A stretch of DNA of 26,578 nt, taken from an uncultured Deinococcales bacterium. GTDB taxonomy: Bacteria; Deinococcota; Deinococci; Deinococcales; JAAFIG01. Location: NCBI GenBank assembly GCA_964244895.1, contig CAXTKV010000048.1:1-26578 (forward strand). The letters run 5' to 3'. Below the pieces are notes generated by a model, which was given only the letters and a program-made list of their open reading frames with translations, was not told where the DNA came from and did not search any database. Within the stretch, counting starts at the first letter, position 1; every line of letters begins with the position of its first letter. Both the position numbers and the translations under genes were made by a program. Shown one piece after another: positions 1-8,860 of this stretch.

Positions 1-1007
1 GACACGGCGGGCACGGCGAAACCCATCTCGATCTGCAAGCGCGTCAACGGCGCGTAATCCTCCGGGCGCTCCTCGAGCCAGCGGGCGTGAATCGCGCTCG
101 CCTCGGGCAGCAGCACGTTCAAGAGCGCGGCGTCCGCCAGTTCCAGGTCAAGGATGCGCACGTCGTGAACTTCCGCCCCGGCAGCTTCGAGCGCGCGGCA
201 GGCGGCGTCGAAAGCCGCGATCACCTCGGGCTGCATCTCTGCGCCATCGCGCTGGATCGCGCCGAAGCGCAGGCCTTTGAGTTCGAGCGGTTTTTGCTCG
301 AGCGAAAACCCCAGCATCGCCTCGAGCATCAGCAATGCGTCACCGCTGGAACGCGCGATCGGCCCCGCGTGATCGAGCGACCAGGACAGCGGAAAGACGC
401 CTTCCAGACTGGTCAGGCCGTAGGTCGGTTTCAAGCCCGCCGCGCCGCAATAGGCCGCCGGAATGCGGATCGAACCGCCCGTGTCCGTCCCGACCGCCGC
501 GAAACACAAGCCCGCCGCGACCGCCGCCGCCGAACCGCCGCTCGAGCCGCCCGCCGTGAACGATGTGTCCCACGGGTTGTTCGTCTGGCCGTAATCGGGG
601 TGCACGATGCCGTAGGCGAATTCCAGCAGGTTCGTCTTGCCGACCACGACCGCGCCCGCGCGCTCGAGCCGCGCCGCGATGACCGCATCGCGCGCTGGAA
701 CGTTGTCCTTCAGGATCCGCGAGCCGCAGGTGGTGCGCACGCCCGCTGTGTCCACCAGATCCTTGAGCGCGACTGGTACGCCGTGCAACGGCCCTCGATC
801 CGTTCCAGATCGCAATTCTCGTTCCGCTCGCGCCGCCTGATCCAGCGCCCGATCCGCCGTGACGGTGATAAACGCGTTCAGCGCGGGATCGAGTCGCTCG
901 ATTCGCGCCAGCGTCAGCCGCGTCAACTCGAGCGGCGAGAGCGCCCCGGATCGGAACAACGCCCCGATTTCCGGGATGGATTTGTGCAGCAATTCCAGGT
1001 CAGACAT
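1..1007 (-). CDS. Amidase-signature (GatA/AtzE-like) amidase, 3'-truncated by the window edge
   Basis: Not in the ORF track because it has no in-window stop. Manual minus-strand translation from ATG at 1007: [36 protein letters not shown]...[12 protein letters not shown]...[11 protein letters not shown]...[23 protein letters not shown]...[16 protein letters not shown], which contains the full Lys/cisSer/Ser amidase-signature motifs. Confidence 0.95.
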   Translation of the reverse strand, partial: MSDLELLHKSIPEIGALFRSGALSPLELTRLTLARIERLDPALNAFITVTADRALDQAARAERELRSGTDRGPLHGVPVALKDLVDTAGVRTTCGSRILKDNVPARDAVIAARLERAGAVVVGKTNLLEFAYGIVHPDYGQTNNPWDTSFTAGGSSGGSAAAVAAGLCFAAVGTDTGGSIRIPAAYCGAAGLKPTYGLTSLEGVFPLSWSLDHAGPIARSSGDALLMLEAMLGFSLEQKPLELKGLRFGAIQRDGAEMQPEVIAAFDAACRALEAAGAEVHDVRILDLELADAALLNVLLPEASAIHARWLEERPEDYAPLTRLQIEMGFAVPAV

Positions 1008-1024
1008 CTCGGGTCTCAATGTCA

Positions 1025-1072
1025 GAACACCGTCCTGGACGTGCCTTGTTGAACGCGTGCCGGACGGTGTTT
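1025..1072. repeat. Bipartite palindromic intergenic element (family A), copy
   Basis: GAACACC-GTCCTGGAC-(16 nt GTGCCTTGTTGAACGC)-GTGCCGGAC-GGTGTTT. Confidence 0.85.
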
Positions 1073-1162
1073 TGCTGATCTGCCTCGAGCATCGGACTCT
1101 TCGATCCGGTTCTCGCCGCGAGAGGCTGGGATACATATTCAGTCGCCCGCGACACGCACCGA

Positions 1163-1360
1163 TCAAATCCGTCCATCGTCCACCTCCGGCCACGGATTGC
1201 CGACGGCGCTCAGCGTTCCCAGCCCGAGCGCCGCGATTTTCTCGTCGCTATCGAACGCGGGTTCCAACGCGCCAACCACCACTCGCGCCCGCTCGAGATC
1301 GAGCGCGATCCCGGCCAGCCGCGCCATGTCCTGCACCAATTCCGGCGTCAAGCCGCGCAC
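1163..1360 (-). CDS. Small (65 aa) GatC/AtzG-like putative amidase partner subunit
   Basis: GTG start 1 nt after the upstream stop (TGA-G-GTG), GGAG upstream, directly before the amidase. N-terminus LTPELVQDMARLAGIALD resembles the GatC N-terminal helix pattern (e.g. xTxExVxxxAxLAxLxL). Confidence 0.7.
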   Translation of the reverse strand: MRGLTPELVQDMARLAGIALDLERARVVVGALEPAFDSDEKIAALGLGTLSAVGNPWPEVDDGRI

Positions 1361-1361
1361 C

Positions 1362-2294
1362 TCAGGCTCCGATTCCGTACAACGGATCGTTGCGGTTGAT
1401 CGCCAGGCTGGTCACGGCGAAGAGCGTCACGCCAGCTTGTGGCGCGCTGATTTGCTGCACGCTCGAGCCGAAGGCATCGGTGATTCGCCCCAGATCCTGC
1501 CCGGCCTGCACGGTCTCGCCCGCCCCGACTGCGGGGTGCCACAGGCCGTCGTGATCGGCGCGCAACCACGCGAACTGCGTTAACAAGCGGGTCGGCAGCG
1601 GTTCCGGAGCGCCGGGCAGCATTCCCATGAATTGCATCGCGCGCGTCACGCCATGCTCGAGCCGGGCCACGTCCGATTCCGGCCACAACCCGTTGCCGCC
1701 CGCTTCGGCCAGGATCGACGGCACGCCATTTTTGAACCCGGCACCGATGGTCGTGCCGCCCGGCGCGCTCGAGACCAACAGGGGAATCCCGAACGCCTCC
1801 GCCAGAGCCTGAGCTCTCTCGTCGCCATCGGTAAAGATCGTGAACGGCGTGAGCGCCTCGATCATGTCGCCGCCGTGCAGGTCGATCAAGGCGTCCACCT
1901 GCCGAATCGCATTTTCGGTCAGCCAGGCCGCGAGTTGCTGGCTGAAGCTGCCGTCCGGATCGCCGGGAAATTGGCGGTTGAGGTTCTGGCCGTCGATCGG
2001 GTTGGTGTAAATGCTGCGCGCTCTGTAGGCGGGCGGGTTGGTGATCGGCAGCACCACCAGCGTCCCCGAAAGGTTTTGCGGGCTGATCTGGGAGGCGCGC
2101 ACGGCGGCCTCGATGCTGGCGTATTCAGCGCCGTGAATTCCGGCAGTCACCAGCAATTTTGGCCCCGCTTGCGCGCCCTGAACAACCGTGTACGGCAGCT
2201 CGAGCGGCACGTCTAACTCGAGCTGGACGTAACCGCGAATGACCGTCCCGGACGGTGTGCTCGCGATCGGGATCTGAGCGGTGCGTTCCGTCAT
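1362..2294 (-). CDS. Succinylglutamate desuccinylase/aspartoacylase family (M14) Zn hydrolase
   Basis: 310 aa with GIHGAEY (HxxE), NLNRQFPG, DLHGG and EAGG motifs and a C-terminal biotinyl-like hairpin (VGAGETVQAGQDLGRI). ATGA overlap with the upstream gene. Confidence 0.92.
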   Translation of the reverse strand: MTERTAQIPIASTPSGTVIRGYVQLELDVPLELPYTVVQGAQAGPKLLVTAGIHGAEYASIEAAVRASQISPQNLSGTLVVLPITNPPAYRARSIYTNPIDGQNLNRQFPGDPDGSFSQQLAAWLTENAIRQVDALIDLHGGDMIEALTPFTIFTDGDERAQALAEAFGIPLLVSSAPGGTTIGAGFKNGVPSILAEAGGNGLWPESDVARLEHGVTRAMQFMGMLPGAPEPLPTRLLTQFAWLRADHDGLWHPAVGAGETVQAGQDLGRITDAFGSSVQQISAPQAGVTLFAVTSLAINRNDPLYGIGA

Positions 2295-3318
2295 CGCAAC
2301 TCCTTCTCGAGCTCACTCAGGTTCTCCCAGTCGAGTTCGCGTTCGCCGCGTTCGATCTCGTGAATCATCTCGATCAGCCGCGCGATCAAGGGCGTGTCGA
2401 CGTTGGCCTCCGCGCCGAGCCTGACGATTGGGCCGAGTTGCGCGTCCACTTCGGTCTGGCGTTTGCGCACGGCCAGGTCGCGCCAGATGCCGGAGTGCGT
2501 CTTGGCGGACCTGCGGTTGAAGGCCACCATCTCCTGAAGAGAACTCGCGGCGTCTTCCAGGCTGGCGTCCGGAAAGAAAGCGCGCGGGTTGAAACCGTTG
2601 AAGCCCTCCGGCGTCGCGCCTCTGGCGGCGGCCACGCGCACGACCTCGCGCGCGACTTCCGTGAAGAGCGCGCGGTTTTCCGTGGCCGCGAGCGCATCGG
2701 CGATCGATTCGTTGGTCAATGCCGTCACGAACAATTGCGCGCCGTAGGCCATCTTGCCCCACAGGTAACCCCAGATATTGGCGGTCTGCACCGCGCCCTC
2801 GTCGAACTCGAGCAGAATCGCGCAGAGCCCCTCGAGCCTGGGCGTGGGTTGCCCGTTGAGTTCTCCGATCACGACCGCGCCGCGCCCCGCGTAGTGGATC
2901 GCGCCGGGCGCGAGGTAATCCGCCCCGAAATTGACGAAGCATCCGATGGTGCGCGATTCGCCGATGACGCGCGCGATTTCCAACTCGTTCAGCCCGTTCT
3001 GCGCGCTGACCACGAAGCCGCCCGCTGCGAGGTGAGGCTCTAGGGCCGTGATCGCCTCGAGCGTGTGGTGCGCTTTGACGCATAAGAAGACCGTGCTGTA
3101 CGTCCCAATGAGTTGTTCCGGCGTGAAAGCGCGCGCCGCCACACTGAATTCCTCGATCGGCCCCTCGAGCCTCAGCCCGCGCGAGTTGATCGCCTCGACG
3201 TGATCGAGTGCGCGATCCACGAACACGACTTCATGTCCAGCCCGCACGAAATACGCGCCCATCGTGCCGCCGATCGCGCCCGCACCCCAGATCAGGATCG
3301 GTTCGGGCAGGCGGGTGT

Positions 3319-3322
<4 letters not shown>
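2291..3322 (-). CDS. Ketopantoate reductase (PanE/ApbA) family oxidoreductase
   Basis: 343 aa with GAGAIG Rossmann motif, LCVKA, AQNG, LWGK (catalytic Lys) and TEVD (catalytic Glu). GTGA overlap with the creatininase gene. Confidence 0.9.
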
Positions 3323-4020
<698 letters not shown>

Positions 4021-4095
4021 GGCGGCTCCTTTGCGAAGAGTGGGCGAGGCGGTGCGTTTGGGATAGTCGATACTCGAGGCTGGCTTTTGAAGCCT

Positions 4096-5085
4096 TCAAG
4101 CGCGTTTGATCGCATCCGATTTCTGCTCGCGCAGGCGCTCGACCACGGGCAGCAGGTCGCGTTCGACGCTGCGCGGGTCGGGCACGTGGCGGTACTCGAA
4201 CGCCCGGACGTGCTCGGGCAGACCTTCCAGGATGCTGCCGGAACCCGTGGCGTAGACGATCACGTCGCAGTTGCGCCGCAATCGTTCGACCGAATCTCGG
4301 TCGTCCAGCACGGCAGCCAGCGGTGATTCCAGGTGAGATGCGAAACGTTCCACGCCGGATTTCATGGTCGGCAGGAATTCCGGAAAGGTCGAAAGAATGC
4401 CCAGACGGGTGCGCGGCCCGAGTTCCGCCAGGGCGGTGCGCGTGCGTTCGGAGGGGATGAAGTTGACCGTCGCGATCGGTACGCGCGGCCCGACGACCGC
4501 CTGCACCTGCGCCTTGCGGTGCGCGATAGCCACCAACAGGTCCGCCTTTTTGATGCCTCGAAGCGCGTTCGGGTCGGCCTCCAGATGCTCGAGCGTGGTC
4601 GAATCAAGCGTGTCGCCGGGGTGCAGCAACGGGCGCAGGTCGGTCGCGTAACTGCGGGTCGCCTCCGAGAAAATCCCGACGAACACCAGCTTGATGGACT
4701 GGTGCGAGGCGCGCCGCCCGAGTCGTGCGTTGACCATCCCGGAGAGTTCGACTCGCGTCAGGCCGTGCGCGTCTGCGATCACGATCAGGCGGTCGATCTG
4801 GCGCTGCAACTCGAGCGCGCGCTCCTGTCCTTCCGGCGCACTGGAACCGCTCGTGGCCACGAAGGTGCCGCGCCCATGCTGGCTTTCCAGCAAACCGGCG
4901 CCCTGAAGTTCCTTGTAGACCTGCGAAACCGTCACCGTCGCGATGCCCAGGGCTTCGGCCAGTTCGCGCACGCTCGGCAGTTGCGCGCCGAGCGGGAGTT
5001 CGCCGCAGGCGATGCCGTACTCGATCTGCCCGCGCAATTGCTGGCTGAGTGAGACGGGCAGATCGCGGTCTATCCTGATTTTCAC
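4096..5085 (-). CDS. GntR-family transcriptional regulator with long C-terminal domain (329 aa)
   Basis: N-terminal wHTH (QLPSVRELAEALGIATVTVSQVYKELQGAGLLESQHGRGTFV). Start placed at GTG 5085 behind RBS GAGGA; the ORF-track extension to 5139 overlaps the promoter. Confidence 0.92.
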   Translation of the reverse strand: MKIRIDRDLPVSLSQQLRGQIEYGIACGELPLGAQLPSVRELAEALGIATVTVSQVYKELQGAGLLESQHGRGTFVATSGSSAPEGQERALELQRQIDRLIVIADAHGLTRVELSGMVNARLGRRASHQSIKLVFVGIFSEATRSYATDLRPLLHPGDTLDSTTLEHLEADPNALRGIKKADLLVAIAHRKAQVQAVVGPRVPIATVNFIPSERTRTALAELGPRTRLGILSTFPEFLPTMKSGVERFASHLESPLAAVLDDRDSVERLRRNCDVIVYATGSGSILEGLPEHVRAFEYRHVPDPRSVERDLLPVVERLREQKSDAIKRA

Positions 5086-5104
5086 GGTCAGTCCTCGAGA
5101 GGCG

Positions 5105-5128
5105 AGTGTGTTGGGAAAACATAACACT
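5105..5128. promoter_or_regulatory. Putative GntR operator 1 (AGTGTGTTG-N6-CATAACACT)
   Basis: Imperfect palindrome overlapping the -10 box of the leftward promoter; matches the site at 5349-5372. Confidence 0.7.
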
Positions 5129-5146
5129 CCGACTCGCATCGGTCAA
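5118..5146 (-). promoter_or_regulatory. Sigma70-type promoter of the gntR-amidase operon
   Basis: Minus strand TTGACC-N17-TATGTT with a TG extended -10 motif. Confidence 0.7.
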
Positions 5147-5227
5147 ACCCGTTCCCATCGAACCCGCCCGCCCGCCCGTTTGAACTCGCCCCTCGTCCGG
5201 CCCGCCTTACGGGTCGGATGTTCGAAA

Positions 5228-5275
5228 AAATACCGTCTGGAACGCATATATCTATTTGCGTTCTGAACGGTGCCG
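5228..5275. repeat. Bipartite palindromic intergenic element (family A), copy
   Basis: AAATACC-GTCTGGAAC-(16 nt GCATATATCTATTTGC)-GTTCTGAAC-GGTGCCG. Confidence 0.75.
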
Positions 5276-5330
5276 CTGACGCGATTCGAGATTCGGGGTG
5301 CGCCAGAAGCAGTTCTGCGCGCCCGAGGTC

Positions 5331-5359
5331 TTGACGCTGGCAGGTGTGAGCGTTAAGCT
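5331..5359 (+). promoter_or_regulatory. Sigma70-type promoter of the ABC transporter operon
   Basis: TTGACG-N17-TAAGCT about 60 nt upstream of the ATG at 5420. Confidence 0.75.
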
Positions 5360-5372
5360 CCGCCATAACACT
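5349..5372. promoter_or_regulatory. Putative GntR operator 2 (AGCGTTAAG-N6-CATAACACT)
   Basis: Same 9-6-9 palindrome as 5105-5128, with an identical right half-site; overlaps the -10 box and predicted start site. Confidence 0.7.
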
Positions 5373-5419
5373 TTGCCGAAGCCACCGTGGCCTCAGGCGG
5401 GTTTCTCGAGGAGGGTCGC

Positions 5420-6994
5420 ATGAAGAGATTCGTTTCCTTCGCGCTCATCGCGGTGGTTTTGATTTCCACCGTCGTCTCCGCCGCACCGAAACGCGGCGGC
5501 AAGATGACCTACGGACGTTACGCAGATTCGCTGTTTCTCGATCCCGTGCTGAACGACGCGAACGTGGACATCTGGATTCTCTTGAACCTCTACGACACGC
5601 TGCTGCAACCCACCAACGACGGCAAGGGCACGAAACCCGGCCTGGCCACGCGTTACGCGGTCACGCCGGACGGCAAGACCTTCACGCTGACCCTCAGACC
5701 CGGCGTCAAATTCTCCGATGGCACGCTCTTGACCGCCGCCGACGTGAAATTTTCGTTGGATCGAGCCAAGAACCCGGACAACGGCGCCTGGAACGGCCTG
5801 ATCGCCTCGATTGACACGGTCACGATCACCAACGCCACCACGGTCACGCTCAGCCTCAAGTACCCCGACCCGAGCCTGCCCGCCGCGCTCGCCACCTTCA
5901 ACACCGCGATCCTGCCGCAGAAGCAGTTCATGGCCATCCCCGGCGCAAAAGACGAGGACAAGGCCAAAGTCTTCGCCGAGAAACCCATCGGCACCGGCCC
6001 GTTCGTGCTGAGCGAGTGGAAAAAGGGCTCGAGCATGACGCTCAAGCGCAACCCCAATTACTGGGGCAAGGGTGAAGATGGCGCGGCGCTGCCGTACCTC
6101 GACGAGATCGACTTCCAGATCATCCCGGACGACAACACCCGCATCCTGAAATTGCAATCCGGCGAACTCGATGGCGCGGAATTCATCCCGCTGGCTCGAG
6201 TCGCGGAACTCCAGAAGGACGACAAGCTCAACATGGCGCTCTTCCCATCCACCGAAGTCGACAGCGTGATCATGAACAACCGCCCCAAGCTCAAGGACGG
6301 CTCGGACAACCCGCTCTCGAACGCCAAGGTGCGCCAGGCGCTCAATTACGCCACCGACAAGGACGCGATCATCAAGCTCGTGACCTTCGGATTGGCCAAA
6401 CCATCGAAGTCCTTCATGTCCAGCGCCACGCCGCTCTACGCCGCGCAGCACGGCTACGTCTACAACGTCGAGAAGGCCAAGGCGCTCCTCAAGCAAGCTG
6501 GTTTTGAAAAAGGCTTCGAGACATCCACCATGATCGTCTCCGGCAACGCCGACCAGACCGCGATCGCCAGCGCGCTGCAGCAGATGTGGTCGCAGATCGG
6601 CGTGAAACTGGTCATTCAGCCCCTGGAGAGCGCCGCCAACCGCGCCAAGTACCGCGCGAATGACTTTTCCATGCGCGTCAGCAAGTGGACGGACGACATC
6701 GCCGACCCATCCGAGATCACGGGTTACTTCGCGATCTTCAAGAACGTCGAGAGCCTGCACACCGGCTTCCAGAGCGACAAGCTCGAGGGCCTGTTCGAAC
6801 AGAGCCAGCGCGAGCCGAGCCGTATCAAGCGCGCCAGCCTGTACCGCTCGATCCAGAGCATCTACTACGACGCCGCGCCGATCATTTTCCTCTACGAGGC
6901 GCCGTACCCGGTCGCGCTGCAGAAGTACGTCAAGGGTTTCGTGCAGATCCCCCTGGGCAACAACATCTTCGTCAATACTTCTCTCGAGAAGTAA
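5420..6994 (+). CDS. Dpp/Opp-family (SBP_bac_5) solute-binding protein 1
   Basis: 524 aa from ATG behind GAGGAGG. Sec signal peptide; LRPGVKFSDG, DVKFS, PIGTGPF, RNPNYW and VRQALNYA motifs. Confidence 0.95.
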   Translation: MKRFVSFALIAVVLISTVVSAAPKRGGKMTYGRYADSLFLDPVLNDANVDIWILLNLYDTLLQPTNDGKGTKPGLATRYAVTPDGKTFTLTLRPGVKFSDGTLLTAADVKFSLDRAKNPDNGAWNGLIASIDTVTITNATTVTLSLKYPDPSLPAALATFNTAILPQKQFMAIPGAKDEDKAKVFAEKPIGTGPFVLSEWKKGSSMTLKRNPNYWGKGEDGAALPYLDEIDFQIIPDDNTRILKLQSGELDGAEFIPLARVAELQKDDKLNMALFPSTEVDSVIMNNRPKLKDGSDNPLSNAKVRQALNYATDKDAIIKLVTFGLAKPSKSFMSSATPLYAAQHGYVYNVEKAKALLKQAGFEKGFETSTMIVSGNADQTAIASALQQMWSQIGVKLVIQPLESAANRAKYRANDFSMRVSKWTDDIADPSEITGYFAIFKNVESLHTGFQSDKLEGLFEQSQREPSRIKRASLYRSIQSIYYDAAPIIFLYEAPYPVALQKYVKGFVQIPLGNNIFVNTSLEK

Positions 6995-7004
6995 ATCAGT
7001 TCTC

Positions 7005-7047
7005 GTCCCCGACGGTCTTCTCGTTCTGAGAACGCACCGTCGGGGAC
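7005..7047 (+). terminator. Stem-loop after SBP1 (terminator or mRNA-stabilising hairpin), built from family A-like cores
   Basis: Perfect 12-bp inverted repeat GTCCCCGACGGT...ACCGTCGGGGAC starting 10 nt after the stop; no strong U-tract. Confidence 0.5.
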
Positions 7048-7073
7048 AGGTCTTAGGGTGCCTCGAATCACGA

Positions 7074-7121
7074 GAACACCGTCCAGCACGCGAATCTTTA
7101 ATACCGCCCAGGACGGTGTTA
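7074..7121. repeat. Bipartite palindromic intergenic element (family A), copy
   Basis: GAACACC-GTCCAGCAC-(16 nt GCGAATCTTTAATACC)-GCCCAGGAC-GGTGTTA. Confidence 0.85.
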
Positions 7122-7173
7122 ACCGAGGCCATTCGGGGTCGAGCTTTTGAAGTGCGCAACTGTGGGGGTTCTG

Positions 7174-8748
7174 ATGCGAAAATGGTTTGGAGCCGTACTG
7201 ATCGCGGGCCTGTTGGCCGCAAGCATCTCTGACGCGCAAGGCCCGACGCGGGGCGGCAAACTGACCTACGGTCGCTACGCTGATTCTTTGTTCCTCGATC
7301 CCGTTTTTACGGACGCCAACCTCGACATCTGGATCTTGCAGAACATCTACGAAACCCTGATCCAGACCGGCCCCGGCGGTAAGGGGCTCAAACCGGGACT
7401 GGCCACGAACTGGGCGTTCAGCAAGGACGGTAAAACCTTCACGCTGACCCTCAGACCCGGCGTGAAATTCTCGAACGGATCAGCCGTCACGGGGAGCGAT
7501 GTCAAGTTCTCCCTCGATCGGGCGCGAAACGACAAGAACGGCGCGTGGAATTTCTTGCTCGGTTCGATCTCGAGCGTCACGCCCAGAGGCAACCAGGTCG
7601 TGATCGCCCTCAAGAACCCCGACCCGAGCCTGCCCGCCGCGCTGGCCACCTTCAACAGCGCGATCCTGCCGCAGAAGCTCTACAGCGCCGTCAAGGGCGC
7701 CGACGAGAAAGCCCGAGCCAAAGCCTTCGCCGAAAAACCGATCGGCACCGGGCCGTTCGTGCTCGCCGAATGGAAGCGCGGCACCAGCATGACGCTCAAA
7801 CGCAACCCGCTGTACTGGCGCAAGGGCGCGGACGGCAAAGCCCTGCCGTACCTGGACGAGGTGCGCTTCGAGATCGTTCCGGACGACAACGCGCGCATCC
7901 TGAAATTGCAATCCGGCGAACTCGACGGCGCGGAATTCATTCCGTTTCCCAGGGTCGCGGAACTGCAGGCCGATCCGAAACTCAACATGAAGCTCTTTTC
8001 CAGCACGCGCGTGAATTTCATCGTGATGAACAACCGCCCCAAGCTCAAGGATGGCACGGACAACCCCCTTTCAAACCTGAAATTCCGTCAGGCGCTCAAC
8101 TACGCCACCGACAAGCAGGCCCTGATCCGGCTCGTGACCTTCGGCATCGGCAAACCGATGCAGTCGTACCTGTCGTCCTCCACGCCGTTGTTCGCGCCGC
8201 AAGCGATGTACCCCTTCAACCTCGAGAAAGCCAAGACCCTGTTGGCGGAATCCGGTATTCCGAGCGGCACTGAAATCGCCGTGCAGATCGTGGCGGGCAG
8301 CGCCGACCAGATCGCCCTGACCACCGCATTGCAGCAGATGTGGGATCAGATCGGCGTGAAGCTCAAGATCGACCAGTTCGACAGCGCCACCACGAATTCC
8401 AAATACCAGGACACGGACTTCCAGATGCAGGTCAACTACTGGACGTACGATATCGCCGATCCGAACGAATTGACCGCCTACGCCGCCGTGTTCGCCAACG
8501 CGGAATCGTTCAAGACGGGCTTCAAAAGCGACGAGGCAGATACGCTTTTTGCCCAGAGTCAGCAGGAAACCAACCCGACCAAGCGCGCCGCGATGTACAA
8601 GCGCATCCAGCAGATCCACACCGAGGCCGCACCAATGATTTTCCTTTACGAGCAACCCTTCGCGGTGGCGCTCTCGAAGAAGCTTCGGGATTTCGTGCAG
8701 ACGCCGTTGGGCGTCAACGTTTTCGGCAGCGCGTACCTCGAGAAGTGA
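7174..8748 (+). CDS. Dpp/Opp-family solute-binding protein 2 (paralog of SBP1)
   Basis: 524 aa from ATG 7174 (MRKWFGAVLIAGLLAASISDA signal). Same family motifs; long identical stretches with SBP1. Confidence 0.95.
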   Translation: MRKWFGAVLIAGLLAASISDAQGPTRGGKLTYGRYADSLFLDPVFTDANLDIWILQNIYETLIQTGPGGKGLKPGLATNWAFSKDGKTFTLTLRPGVKFSNGSAVTGSDVKFSLDRARNDKNGAWNFLLGSISSVTPRGNQVVIALKNPDPSLPAALATFNSAILPQKLYSAVKGADEKARAKAFAEKPIGTGPFVLAEWKRGTSMTLKRNPLYWRKGADGKALPYLDEVRFEIVPDDNARILKLQSGELDGAEFIPFPRVAELQADPKLNMKLFSSTRVNFIVMNNRPKLKDGTDNPLSNLKFRQALNYATDKQALIRLVTFGIGKPMQSYLSSSTPLFAPQAMYPFNLEKAKTLLAESGIPSGTEIAVQIVAGSADQIALTTALQQMWDQIGVKLKIDQFDSATTNSKYQDTDFQMQVNYWTYDIADPNELTAYAAVFANAESFKTGFKSDEADTLFAQSQQETNPTKRAAMYKRIQQIHTEAAPMIFLYEQPFAVALSKKLRDFVQTPLGVNVFGSAYLEK

Positions 8749-8754
8749 TGCTCA

Positions 8755-8805
8755 GGAACACCGTCTGGGACAGCGTTTCATGAATGGTGTCCCAGACTGT
8801 GTTCC
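8755..8805. repeat. Bipartite palindromic intergenic element (family A), copy
   Basis: GGAACACC-GTCTGGGAC-(17 nt)-GTCCCAGAC-TGTGTTCC, beginning 6 nt after the SBP2 stop. Confidence 0.85.
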
Positions 8806-8860
8806 GCCTCGTGCGCAAAAAGTCTTAAGCTCGAATTGGGGGCGGGGCAGGAGGCTCGAC

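Noticed and set aside
87..1052. 321-aa plus-strand ORF
   Set aside because: Antisense shadow of the amidase, Arg-rich with no motifs; the minus frame carries the amidase signature.
1..1360. Housekeeping gatCA(B)
   Set aside because: The small protein is shorter than typical GatC, the amidase reads LLEFAYG rather than the GatA-like DEFAMG, and the context is catabolic. Not fully excluded because the downstream gene is outside the window.
5151..5212. CCCG-rich stretch (CCCGCCCGCCCGCCCG...CCCGCCTTAC) as a REP or G-quadruplex
   Set aside because: Too degenerate to assign; low-complexity GC runs are common at this GC content.
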